Shown here in pieces: positions 1 to 9,170 of a stretch of DNA of 64,000 nucleotides; within the stretch, counting starts at the first letter, position 1; the number at the start of each line of letters is the position of its first letter. The stretch is from the IMG/VR virus record IMGVR_UViG_3300042519_000373, positions 1-64,000 of that record. One strand, written 5' to 3'. Both the position numbers and the translations under genes were made by a program. Source of the stretch: an uncultured virus (IMG/VR IMGVR_UViG_3300042519_000373). Taxonomy: Duplodnaviria > Heunggongvirae > Uroviricota > Caudoviricetes. The notes under the pieces are model-generated. The model searched no databases, had not been told where the DNA came from, and was given only the letters and a program-made list of their open reading frames with translations.

Positions 1-113
1 CCCCGTGTTTCACGGTTAACCACCTTTCATTGCGGGTTTACCACAGTATAATCTGCCGAAACATCCGGCATCGTTATATTTATCGGGAAAGAGATTTTTG
101 GGTTACTTAGGTG

Positions 114-848
114 TTAACCCGGAGGATAATATCCGTCAACACCTAGCATTACCACAACAGGCTTAGCTGGTACTGCTCCTGTAAATTGTACATAGGTTCC
201 AGTATTAAAATTAAAGGTAAGGAGTGTTCCTATCGATACTGATGCAGTAACTGGTTCACTCAATTCAACATTTGTTGTACCAGTAATTGTGCCAATTACA
301 GTTGTTGATGAGCTGATTCCAGCAGCACCAGTTACGGTCTGGCCAGGTTGTACATTTTGTACGGTATCAAGATATAGTACAAACGAAGATGCACTAGTAG
401 TTGCTGTAGTAGTTGCTGTTACTGCACTAGGATCAACTGTTAAATCATAGTTAGTAAACGGAATTTGAAAAACGTTATCAACATATACTTGAATATTAGC
501 AGCACCACCTAAAGTAGCAGCAGAATAAGAAGGCGAGTAAGTTGCGTTTAACGGGCCAAATATATTACTATAATAGTTTCCGCTGCCTAAATTCTGAACT
601 GTAATTCTTGCAGGGCGAACTGTTCTAATTCTTTCCCAACCAATTCTAACTCTAGTTTCTAAATCAAATAATTGAGTGTTATGTCGTATCTGACCGTTAG
701 TAGTGTTTGTGGGACGTTGTAATACTGTACCGCCGGGAAGTTTAAAACTCTGTGTAGAATCTGAAATTAAACGACCATCTGCTTCAACAGCAAAATTATC
801 ATCTTGCGGATTATGAGAATCTATTGATTTTCTTTTGTAAAATTTCAT
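114..848 (-). CDS. Putative virion structural protein
   Basis: 244-aa Thr/Ser/Gly-rich ORF with a 'GTVLQRP...GQIRHNT' segment of the kind seen in phage fibre/accessory proteins; downstream of the capsid gene in a late-promoter cluster. Confidence 0.55.
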   Translation of the reverse strand: MKFYKRKSIDSHNPQDDNFAVEADGRLISDSTQSFKLPGGTVLQRPTNTTNGQIRHNTQLFDLETRVRIGWERIRTVRPARITVQNLGSGNYYSNIFGPLNATYSPSYSAATLGGAANIQVYVDNVFQIPFTNYDLTVDPSAVTATTTATTSASSFVLYLDTVQNVQPGQTVTGAAGISSSTTVIGTITGTTNVELSEPVTASVSIGTLLTFNFNTGTYVQFTGAVPAKPVVVMLGVDGYYPPG

Positions 849-853
849 AGTTA

Positions 854-1171
854 TTAGGCCGTTTGTACATAACTTACTGTAGCGGTGATAATTAAATTCT
901 GACTAGCTTGTGCTTGAATACTGTCACCGTCATTAAGAATAAATCTCTCCGTGTCCATACTGAATGTTTCTCCAGCAGGCAAAGATATTTCATTCATAAT
1001 CATATTGGCATCACCTGCTGCGACTGCCGCCGGCACTGCCCAAACTGTTACTGTTGCATCAACAGATAAACTTGTATTACATAAGATAATACAAGTGATT
1101 GCGTTTTCGCCGGACCCAACAAATACTTCTGTTTTTGCAGTTGAGCTAAGTTGCGAATTTGTGATTGCCAT
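854..1171 (-). CDS. Hypothetical small virion-associated protein
   Basis: 105-aa ORF tightly packed between neighbours, AGGA-type RBS upstream, beta-rich pattern. Confidence 0.55.
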   Translation of the reverse strand: MAITNSQLSSTAKTEVFVGSGENAITCIILCNTSLSVDATVTVWAVPAAVAAGDANMIMNEISLPAGETFSMDTERFILNDGDSIQAQASQNLIITATVSYVQTA

Positions 1172-1180
1172 TTTTAATCC

Positions 1181-2215
1181 TTAGAATATAATTGATAGTA
1201 CCAGAGCTTTTCTTGCAGAAATTAATTCGCCGCTAGTTGGAACTAATGTACTTGGGTTTTCAAAGCCAGAATATTTAATACCTGTACTACCAGCACCTAC
1301 AGTTGACGTAGTGTAAATTTTTACAATACCTTGTGCAGGCTGAGGCGGAATAGATGAAACTCCTATACCAATACCATTATTTACAACTACTGTGCCGGTG
1401 CCCGATGTTTCTAAAACTAGATCTCTGTTTGCTGAAGCTGTTCTTAAAGTATTGCCTGCAACAATTAATGTGCCTAAAGTAATTACAGGAACACCTGCTA
1501 GTCGCTGAACTATCATTGTAGACACTCCGTCAATAACAGTAGTAATATACCCCGGCTGGATATTATTATCAGTTATCGTAATTCTTGTGTCGTTTTGTCT
1601 TAATTCTAGTGCTGTTAACGCACTAGTAGCAGTACCTCTTAATGGAGTATTGTCAACGTAATATTTGTTTGGAATATCGTTGTCATCAGTTACTCTTAGA
1701 TGATAGTTTTGTTGGCCGGCGACGCTGACAACTCCGTTGATTCCGGCACCTAACAAGTTTAGTTTATTGTCGTTGTTTGGGCCGCCGCCTGCTAATCGAA
1801 TAGAACTGACTTCAATTGCAGCACCTCTATTGGCAGTTTTAATTGCCCATATACCGGTGTACTGTGTTGCTGTTGTTGAAGTTGAGCTCCATGCACGTTC
1901 TTCAAAAAGAATAGATGCACGAGTTGCAGTACTGGCATTGCTGCCTCGATCAATTACAAATCCTGATTGTCCGTAGAATGGAGTATTTGCTTCTCCGAAA
2001 CTTACGCTAGTTCCGGATTCGCCCGAGTTCAAAGTAATAATGTTATCTTTAACTACGGTATTAGTTGTTGCAATATTAGTAGCAGTACCCAATACATTTA
2101 AATTGCCAGTAATAACCACTGTGCCAGAACTCACACCCGTATCTAATGTAATGGTGCCGCCCGGGGCAGTTGCCAATTTTAAATCGCCAGAATATCTAAT
2201 TACATCGACGGCCAT
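1181..2215 (-). CDS. Putative virion structural/fibre-like protein (start revised to ATG at 2215)
   Basis: AAAGGAAC RBS and TAAATA box precede ATG 2215 (MAVDVIRY); 'ITGNLNVLGT...VKDNIITLN' resembles 'ISGNLTVLGT...IEDKNIELA' in the 51343 fibre protein. Confidence 0.6.
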   Translation of the reverse strand: MAVDVIRYSGDLKLATAPGGTITLDTGVSSGTVVITGNLNVLGTATNIATTNTVVKDNIITLNSGESGTSVSFGEANTPFYGQSGFVIDRGSNASTATRASILFEERAWSSTSTTATQYTGIWAIKTANRGAAIEVSSIRLAGGGPNNDNKLNLLGAGINGVVSVAGQQNYHLRVTDDNDIPNKYYVDNTPLRGTATSALTALELRQNDTRITITDNNIQPGYITTVIDGVSTMIVQRLAGVPVITLGTLIVAGNTLRTASANRDLVLETSGTGTVVVNNGIGIGVSSIPPQPAQGIVKIYTTSTVGAGSTGIKYSGFENPSTLVPTSGELISARKALVLSIIF

Positions 2216-2251
2216 GAAAAGTTCCTTTATCGTATTTAGCCACAAATAAGA

Positions 2252-2269
2252 AAAGGGCCTAAGCCCTTT
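2252..2269 (-). terminator. Intrinsic terminator
   Basis: AAAGGGC-CTAA-GCCCTTT hairpin followed by a U-rich tract on the minus strand, after the 2288-3007 gene. Confidence 0.7.
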
Positions 2270-2287
2270 CCTATATGCTTACTTTAA

Positions 2288-3007
2288 TTAAGCGTTAGCT
2301 AATAGAACAGTTGTTCCAGTTGCTGCGGTAATGGTCCACTGTGCCCATGCACCGTCTTCAATCAAGAATGCTGTGCTAGAAGTGACCTGCTTTAGTCTTG
2401 CTTTCTTAGCATGTAGTTTGATAACACGATATGTACTGCCATTCCAATCAGTTGCTGTTAGGTCAGCTTCACCTGCTGCGTTAGCTGCACTACCGTCTGC
2501 TACTAAACGAACAACACCAACACCTTGTGAGTTTTGAACAACATACTTGTTATTGCCAGCTTGACGAATAACGTCAGACAATAAACGGCTGCTTCCACCT
2601 GCACCGCTTAGATAACCTGCTGCACCACTTGCTGGAAGATATGCGTACATTGCTAACCCGTTTTCACGAGCTGCTGCTGTTAATGCAACGTGATAAGTTG
2701 CAGTAGTTCCAGTTGTTGCTGGACTAACTGTAACAGTAACACTAGAAGTAGAAGTATAACCGCTACCGCCATTGCTGACGTTAAATGCTGAAACTCTACG
2801 ATCGGTACCGATACTTAAAGTACCGCTTGCGGCTTCTCCACCTGCAATTTGAGGTGTAGAGCCTGTCCATGTATAGTTTGTAGTTGTAGAATATAATGTA
2901 CCAGTTGTTAAAACTGTAACTACATTAAAACTTTCACCGCCTACGCCTTCACCATCTAGTTGATAGTTTCTGTTTGCAAAATATTTTTTATGAATTGGAC
3001 GTCCCAT
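2288..3007 (-). CDS. Putative head decoration/accessory virion protein
   Basis: 239-aa Thr/Gly/Ala-rich ORF directly downstream of the major capsid gene, with its own late promoter and a strong RBS (AAAGGAAA). Confidence 0.55.
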   Translation of the reverse strand: MGRPIHKKYFANRNYQLDGEGVGGESFNVVTVLTTGTLYSTTTNYTWTGSTPQIAGGEAASGTLSIGTDRRVSAFNVSNGGSGYTSTSSVTVTVSPATTGTTATYHVALTAAARENGLAMYAYLPASGAAGYLSGAGGSSRLLSDVIRQAGNNKYVVQNSQGVGVVRLVADGSAANAAGEADLTATDWNGSTYRVIKLHAKKARLKQVTSSTAFLIEDGAWAQWTITAATGTTVLLANA

Positions 3008-3087
3008 TTTGTTTTCCTTTATAAAATGACGTTCTAGGTCTACGCAGAGGGAACTGCATAAGTTTTTTCTAGTACTATATTTAACAG

Positions 3088-3110
3088 AAAACGCCCCGAA
3101 GGGCGTTTTT
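3088..3110 (-). terminator. Intrinsic terminator after the major capsid gene
   Basis: AAAACGCCC-CGAA-GGGCGTTTT; cUUCGg tetraloop on the minus strand, then a U-tract. Confidence 0.85.
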
Positions 3111-3135
3111 AATTTGCTTTTTACAGCAAGTTTGA

Positions 3136-4317
3136 TTAACGGAAGCTAACGTTAGCAGAAGTGATTGCCACTTTGCCTAGGTAGTCAGCAGCGTTACCCA
3201 AGCTAGAAGCTGTGTTTGTCAACTCGACGTAACCGTAACGAGTTAAGAAACCAACGACTGGTTCGAATGTAGCTGGATCTAAAACAACTCCAGAGCTCAT
3301 TAGAGGGATGTAAGGGCAATAGAATGCCGCTGCATCTGCTTCAGATGGGCCTTTGTAACCAATTAAACACTGGTTGTTGTCGTCTGTGTCGCTTAGGTAA
3401 GCGTCAACATAGATCTTCATGCTGTTATTCAATGTACCAACAAACTTAGTGTTTGTAGGTGCTTCGAATGTGCCTTCTGTAGTACGAGCAAACGCACTAG
3501 TTGTAGCACTTTGTAGGATCGTTAGAGCCTGGTTGCTGATAACAGCCCAGTTTGCAGAACCACGACGTGTACGCTGAGCAATCAAGTTAGCAACACGGTT
3601 GATCTGAACAGCTAAAGCAGCGTGTTCGTCACCAACGAATGTAGCAGTACCAGATACAGCAGCTTGGTCATAAGTCTGTTCAACTGAACCTAAAGCACGT
3701 AGACTAGCTAGAACTTCTTGGTCAATTTCAGCAGTAATTTCTTGTGCTAGAGCAGCCATGATTTCTGCTTCGATATCAATGCCGTGCATTGCTTGTGCAT
3801 CTTGTGCAGCCTCGAATGTCCAACGAGCGGATAGCTTACGGCTCTTCGCTTCAACTGGAGCTTTCAAGATCTGAATGCTCATACGCTTACCAACTTGGCC
3901 TTCTAGGACCGCAGTTGTTTGGGCTTTAGGTGTTGCGTTAACTCCGTTACCAGAGTAAGCAGCAGCTAACTTGAATGGGCTTAGTGCTTCATCACCAGCT
4001 ACTACGCTGTCACCAGACGATGTGTCTGCATAACGTACACGTAGAGTATGGATCTGTGCAACTGGGCCAGTCATAGGTTGAACACCAACGATTTCGTTAG
4101 CGATAACTGTCGGCATAACACGACGAATTACCGGTAGAATAACGCGGTTTAAAGTCGCGATATTACCAGTGCTTGTAGCTCCTGCTGTTGCAGATTCAGC
4201 CAAGTACTTACGAGTATTCTCTAAGCATACGCTCATAGAAGACTTGCGGTTACCTGATAGGCCTTCAAGCAGAGCTTCTTTGGTCTCTGACCATCTTTCA
4301 TTTAATAATTGTGACAT
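3136..4317 (-). CDS. gp23: Major capsid protein (T4 gp23-like)
   Basis: Motifs 'IRRVMPTVIANEIVGVQPMTGP', 'AKSRKLSARWTFEAAQD', 'AAFYCPYIPL', 'TFEPVVGFLTRYG'. Confidence 0.97.
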   Translation of the reverse strand: MSQLLNERWSETKEALLEGLSGNRKSSMSVCLENTRKYLAESATAGATSTGNIATLNRVILPVIRRVMPTVIANEIVGVQPMTGPVAQIHTLRVRYADTSSGDSVVAGDEALSPFKLAAAYSGNGVNATPKAQTTAVLEGQVGKRMSIQILKAPVEAKSRKLSARWTFEAAQDAQAMHGIDIEAEIMAALAQEITAEIDQEVLASLRALGSVEQTYDQAAVSGTATFVGDEHAALAVQINRVANLIAQRTRRGSANWAVISNQALTILQSATTSAFARTTEGTFEAPTNTKFVGTLNNSMKIYVDAYLSDTDDNNQCLIGYKGPSEADAAAFYCPYIPLMSSGVVLDPATFEPVVGFLTRYGYVELTNTASSLGNAADYLGKVAITSANVSFR

Positions 4318-4338
4318 TTATGTCTCCTTGAATTTAAA

Positions 4339-5448
4339 TTACTTTAGACCCGCGAGTTTGCGGATATCTAAAATGTTATCTAAGCCTACCTGTGGCTGTT
4401 TTGTTTCGCGATCTCCAGTTATTTCGGTGCTTTCAGAAAGCATTTCTTTAGGCTGTTGTTTAGCCTTTGGTGCAACTTTCTTCATACCACCTTCCATTAC
4501 TGCTGGTAGGTATTTGTCAAATGATTCATTCAGTTTTGCAGTCTGTACAGACTCTAGCAATTCTTTCATGATCTCTCTTTTGTCAGCACTTAGTGGTGCT
4601 AACAGTTCTGCCATTACTTCTTTACGAGCAGCAACATCTCGGGCAACACGAATTTCGCGGTCCTTAGATTCTACTAACTTTGTCTTTTCTGTAGCGGCAT
4701 TTTTTGCTTCGGCAAGCTCAACTTCTTTCTTGTCGATAATCTTTAACAATTTTACTGTTTCAGATTTTTCGTTAAGATAGCTTGAGCTATACTCTTGTGC
4801 AAATGCTTCAAATAAGCGGCGTCCAAATGCATTAGAACGAGCACTATCGATATCTTCTTTCAATTGCTTGATTTCTGATTTCAATGTCTTTGTGACTGTG
4901 TTCTCTACAATTTCGGAACTACGCTTAATAAATCTAGTCTTGATCTCATCGAATTTGATTTTTGCTTCGCTTACTAGTTTAACTCTCGCTTCTGCTAGTT
5001 CACGTTTGTCTTGTGCAAATTCATTGATTTCACGTGCTAAAGCTGTTACAATGAACTGCTCTAACTTAGTAAAATTCTCAGAGACCTTTTGACGATCACT
5101 TTGGAATTCCACCAATTCTTTTCCAAGCTGACTTAGAACGAACGACTCTAGTACTCTAGCGTCTCCGGACATTTTCTGGTGATATGCAACCTTAGCTTCC
5201 GCTAATGCTCTTTTATCGCCAGCAAGTTCAGCCATTTCTACGGCCAATCTCTCGCTAACCATCTTGTCGAGTGCTTCAACCATAACAGTCTTATCATGAC
5301 TGTATTTTTGAGCAAACTCTTCACGAAGTTCAGCAGTTAATTGGTCGCGATTCTCTTGGATCTTCTGATTAAATGCAGTTTCAATCGAAGACTTAACGTC
5401 TTCTGACATCATACCACTCTCGACCAGCTGTTTGAATGCGTCCAACAT
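4339..5448 (-). CDS. gp22: Prohead core scaffold protein (gp22-like)
   Basis: Glu/Lys-rich coiled coil between protease and capsid genes (T4 order 21-22-23); ends in 'IRKLAGLK'. Confidence 0.8.
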   Translation of the reverse strand: MLDAFKQLVESGMMSEDVKSSIETAFNQKIQENRDQLTAELREEFAQKYSHDKTVMVEALDKMVSERLAVEMAELAGDKRALAEAKVAYHQKMSGDARVLESFVLSQLGKELVEFQSDRQKVSENFTKLEQFIVTALAREINEFAQDKRELAEARVKLVSEAKIKFDEIKTRFIKRSSEIVENTVTKTLKSEIKQLKEDIDSARSNAFGRRLFEAFAQEYSSSYLNEKSETVKLLKIIDKKEVELAEAKNAATEKTKLVESKDREIRVARDVAARKEVMAELLAPLSADKREIMKELLESVQTAKLNESFDKYLPAVMEGGMKKVAPKAKQQPKEMLSESTEITGDRETKQPQVGLDNILDIRKLAGLK

Positions 5449-5460
5449 TGCTATGTCTCC

Positions 5461-6096
5461 TTAGGCTTTTAAGCCATTAATAATATTAAGCATCGCCTCG
5501 CGGAGATGCTTTTGTGCCTTTGGATCTTCTTTAACCTCTTGCCCCACCCTAAACGCTCTAACCCCACCACGACTATTCATCAGGTGTTCATAGATTGGAG
5601 TAGGATAAGCTCCTGGAGCAGAAGGCTGAGCAACAATATCAACAGTAATAATTTCAAATTCTGCTACTTCGCCAGTGCTGTCATTGACATTTCCGCTGCC
5701 ACGACTAGATACGCCAAGTTTTACGCCTGCTTCGAGCATAGTACGAATTAAATTGCCCATCGGTGTAGGTAAGATTTTCATCTTACTGTAGCCATTAGGA
5801 CCGTCCATCCACATATCAGTAATCATGTGTGACACGCGGTCCAAATTTACTTTTAAGTCATCAGGATGATCAACTTCACCTAAGACACTATAACCGTTTT
5901 GAATCTGGTCATTTAGAGTTTTTACAGCGTTAGTAATCTCTCCGACAGGATAAACCCGCTGATTTGCATTTCGAATGCCGCCTTGAATGGAGATGCCTTT
6001 TAGATAAAGGTTCTTCCCGTCCTTGTCGTCAGATTCTAAAACTACTCTAGCCTGATCAAAACTTAGTGTTTCTCTTAGGTATTGAATTTGCTTCAT
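5461..6096 (-). CDS. gp21: Prohead protease (gp21-like)
   Basis: 'NANQRVYP', 'LGEVDHP', 'GVSSRGSG' (catalytic Ser), 'DIVAQPSAPGA'. Confidence 0.95.
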   Translation of the reverse strand: MKQIQYLRETLSFDQARVVLESDDKDGKNLYLKGISIQGGIRNANQRVYPVGEITNAVKTLNDQIQNGYSVLGEVDHPDDLKVNLDRVSHMITDMWMDGPNGYSKMKILPTPMGNLIRTMLEAGVKLGVSSRGSGNVNDSTGEVAEFEIITVDIVAQPSAPGAYPTPIYEHLMNSRGGVRAFRVGQEVKEDPKAQKHLREAMLNIINGLKA

Positions 6097-6108
6097 CCTA
6101 ATTTCCTA

Positions 6109-7011
6109 TTATTGTCTACGGTCTGCTGGAGACTTGGTGTATGCTTGACCTTCGCCAGCACCCCTCTTCTCTGCTCCGTGTCCTGCACTGTTCTTACCAA
6201 ATGCATCACCTTTGTAGCCGCCTGGCTTATTCAAGTGATCTTTTGTGAATTCACCTCTTTGTCCACCAACTAGGCCTTCACCGCCTTTAATACCAGCTTC
6301 TCCGCCCTTACCACCTAAGATGTTATGTGCAGATGCTGTTGTTGTTGGGCGTCCTTTTGGATTTTGCAATCCTACGCTCTTGGTGTTTGTGCCGCCTTCT
6401 TCGCCACGGCCTCTTTTATCAGCACCGTGACCTGCAGAAACAGTTTCTACGTATTCACGCATAAACTCGTCGCCGCCTTCTTCGTCGTCAGCTTCTTCGC
6501 CTTCTTCGTCGTCAGCTTCTTCGCCTTCTTCGTCGTCAGCTTCTTCATCGCCAAACATGTCATCATGTGCTGGCTCGCCCTTTTCGTCAGCCATCAAAGC
6601 TTCGAATTCAGACTTTAGTTGTTCTAATTCTGATTCTAAATCAGAAATGCGTTGTTCTTCAGAACCACCACCTTCAGCACCTAGGTCTCCGTCCATATCG
6701 GCGTCGCCGCCCATATCGTCCATTCCGCCCATAGCGTCTGGATCGGAAACATCAGAAGCGAATTTGTCACCAGCGTCACCGCCGATTTCAAGTGTAGTTT
6801 CTTCTTCTAAATCATCTCCCATAGATTCGTCCATTTCCTCATCCGAGTCCATGGCTTCATCCATCTCTTCATCTTCCTCCGCCTCTTCGGCGATCATGTT
6901 TTCATATATTTCTCTAGACTTCTCTACAACGATTTCATGGAATAATTCATTCGCCTTATCCATTTCCTCGTTGACTAGAAGATCTAATAGTTGTTCAAAC
7001 TTGTTAGACAT
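6109..7011 (-). CDS. Acidic prohead core/assembly protein
   Basis: 300-aa, very Glu/Asp-rich, between portal and protease genes where T4 has core proteins gp67/gp68; AAGGAG RBS. Confidence 0.6.
   Translation of the reverse strand: MSNKFEQLLDLLVNEEMDKANELFHEIVVEKSREIYENMIAEEAEEDEEMDEAMDSDEEMDESMGDDLEEETTLEIGGDAGDKFASDVSDPDAMGGMDDMGGDADMDGDLGAEGGGSEEQRISDLESELEQLKSEFEALMADEKGEPAHDDMFGDEEADDEEGEEADDEEGEEADDEEGGDEFMREYVETVSAGHGADKRGRGEEGGTNTKSVGLQNPKGRPTTTASAHNILGGKGGEAGIKGGEGLVGGQRGEFTKDHLNKPGGYKGDAFGKNSAGHGAEKRGAGEGQAYTKSPADRRQ
6474..6545. repeat. 24-bp coding tandem repeat x3 (EEADDEEG)
   Basis: CGCCTTCTTCGTCGTCAGCTTCTT repeated three times. Confidence 0.9.
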
Positions 7012-7192
7012 TGCGGGTTTCTCCTTAAATTAGATTGGCAAGGCTGTCGATGTATTTACAGCCAAGGTGTAATAGTTATGTGAAATAGGCCAAAAACAGT
7101 CAGTTCTTGACAAAGACAGGAGAATACGTGCCTGAGTTGAAGTGTTTCAACAGAAATATTTATTGATTAGACAATCGAATTATATGTACAGT

Positions 7193-7438
7193 TTACATTG
7201 CAGCCGCTTCAGGCGGTGGGGCTGCATACATAATCTTAACAAACTCTAATTGTTCTTTCTGTTCTTTTACTCTGGAGTCTCCTGCTTTTCTTAAATTATT
7301 AATCATTCCTAACGTTAGTCTAGTCTTGCGTAAGTCTTTAGACTTAAGAACACTGATATTATCTTCAAGAGGATTATATCTGTCATCTTGAGACATGCCT
7401 TCGTTTTGGTTAAAATAGATGAATTCATTAAGTAGCAT
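7193..7438 (-). CDS. Hypothetical protein of the head cluster
   Basis: 81-aa ORF right after portal, 'RKTRLTL..IN.LRK' segment, TAAATA 5 nt upstream of ATG. Confidence 0.7.
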   Translation of the reverse strand: MLLNEFIYFNQNEGMSQDDRYNPLEDNISVLKSKDLRKTRLTLGMINNLRKAGDSRVKEQKEQLEFVKIMYAAPPPEAAAM

Positions 7439-7455
7439 GTTGATATTTATCCAAA

Positions 7456-9168
7456 TTATGCTGCGGGAGGAGTTTGTGCAGGTGCTGTGCCAGCAGCGGG
7501 CATTCCGCCAGCAGCTTCTGGACCGCCAGGCATTCCTTCAGGTGCTTCGCCTGACTGACCTAATTCATTTACATCGCTATCCATGCCGCCGCCTGTGATG
7601 CCTGCACTACGAAGTTCTGCATTTGCATTAGGTGCTTTTGCACTTAATCCGTTTTCTTCTTTCCATAGCTCTTCGTTTTCTGCCATTTCTTCTTGGCTTA
7701 GTCCTAAGAATCTTTTTAGTGCAAAGCGTTTACTGATATGCGGAATTGCAACAATACTGCCAAAACTGGCAATACGTGCCGTATCCATTTCAGTTTGTCG
7801 GTAGGCAGCAAAGTTTTGCGGGGGATTAAATTGTAATTCAAATACGTTTGGATCAAAATTAATGCCCTTACGCTGCATATAACCTTTGAATTCTAAATCA
7901 AATACTTCATTTAAATTACTTTGGAGTCGTTCGCAATACTTGTTGAATCGTAATTCTTGAATGTAGGCTGTTCCAACTCGACCATCATTAAAGCTAGATC
8001 CCCCATCGTCAGGCCCTGTAGGTAGATAACTTGAAGGTATGCGTAGAGCACGAAACAGCTTATTAGTAAAATATCTAAGATCATCAATTTCTCCTAAGTT
8101 AGTACCGCCTGGAAGAATTTCAACTTTACTGCCGCGACCTTCTGAAGTCTGCGGGAAAAAGTAGTCTTCGTTGATACTTAACGGGTTGTAGCTACTGTCA
8201 ATAACAGTCTGTCCACCTCCAGTAACTGAAGGAATTCGTCGCTGATTAACTTCGTTTTTAACACGCTCAACAAAAGACATAGCAAGGTGACTTGGCATAT
8301 TACCAACGTCAATATAAAATACTCTACGTTCAGGAGCACGTTGAACTCGATAGATAATAATGGCATCTTCTAATAATTCTTTTTGTTTGTAAACTTTAAA
8401 GATACTTTCTAATAAACTATTTCCAAAAGGAAAATTGTTATCCATACCTTCGCTCATACTCAAATGCACAACATGCTCTGCATCAATTGCCCACTGGGTT
8501 TGATTAACTCCGAAGCGGTTTCCGATATTTGTAGGATAAGTCCCGGTCATGCCTTTTCCACCACCACCGCCACCCGAGTAAGGTGTAGCTGGTCCTGAGT
8601 TAGTTGCACCCGGAGCAATTTGTGTTGTACTTAGATTTACAAAGTTTGGATTTAGATCACGAATAACATATTGCTCAGGCTCTTTACCTTGGCTTTCGTT
8701 AACAATAATTTTGTCAACTTTGCCTGGATCTACATACATCCAAGCATTTGTTTCTGGATCACGTATAAAGAAACTGTCGCCGTATTTGAATGCATTGCGA
8801 ACAATTTTAAAAATACGATTCTGAAATTTGTTTAACTTAGTCCACTGTTGCAGATACTTTTTAATAATCTTAATTTCAGTAGGAGTTGCTTGATCTTTAA
8901 AGAAAACTTCAAACGGTGTTCCGTTGTCATCATTTAGCTGACAACAAAACTCTGCTAAAATATCTAAGGCAGCATTAACTTCACTGTCACTGTCCATTGT
9001 ATCGTATTGACCATAACGCTCTAAACGATTAGGATGTCCCGAATATACATCGGGAAGATAAGAGCTGTAGTTTAATCTACTACCGGTTGGGCCGTCGCCG
9101 CCGCTGCCGCTAATTGGGCTCAGTGTTCCAGATGTATTAACTGGTGTGAAGTATTTTTTCCAAGACAT
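7456..9168 (-). CDS. gp20: Portal vertex protein (gp20-like)
   Basis: 'LLEDAIIIYRVQRAPERRVFYIDVGNMP', 'EDYFFP', 'LPGGTNLGEIDDLRYF'. Confidence 0.96.
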   Translation of the reverse strand: MSWKKYFTPVNTSGTLSPISGSGGDGPTGSRLNYSSYLPDVYSGHPNRLERYGQYDTMDSDSEVNAALDILAEFCCQLNDDNGTPFEVFFKDQATPTEIKIIKKYLQQWTKLNKFQNRIFKIVRNAFKYGDSFFIRDPETNAWMYVDPGKVDKIIVNESQGKEPEQYVIRDLNPNFVNLSTTQIAPGATNSGPATPYSGGGGGGKGMTGTYPTNIGNRFGVNQTQWAIDAEHVVHLSMSEGMDNNFPFGNSLLESIFKVYKQKELLEDAIIIYRVQRAPERRVFYIDVGNMPSHLAMSFVERVKNEVNQRRIPSVTGGGQTVIDSSYNPLSINEDYFFPQTSEGRGSKVEILPGGTNLGEIDDLRYFTNKLFRALRIPSSYLPTGPDDGGSSFNDGRVGTAYIQELRFNKYCERLQSNLNEVFDLEFKGYMQRKGINFDPNVFELQFNPPQNFAAYRQTEMDTARIASFGSIVAIPHISKRFALKRFLGLSQEEMAENEELWKEENGLSAKAPNANAELRSAGITGGGMDSDVNELGQSGEAPEGMPGGPEAAGGMPAAGTAPAQTPPAA

Positions 9169-9170
9169 AA

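Noticed and set aside
4169..4780. 203-aa antisense ORF across the scaffold/capsid junction, and similar antisense ORFs (6557-7033, 40259-40753, 59008-59737)
   Set aside because: They lie opposite well-supported genes and follow from codon bias; no expression signals or recognisable motifs.
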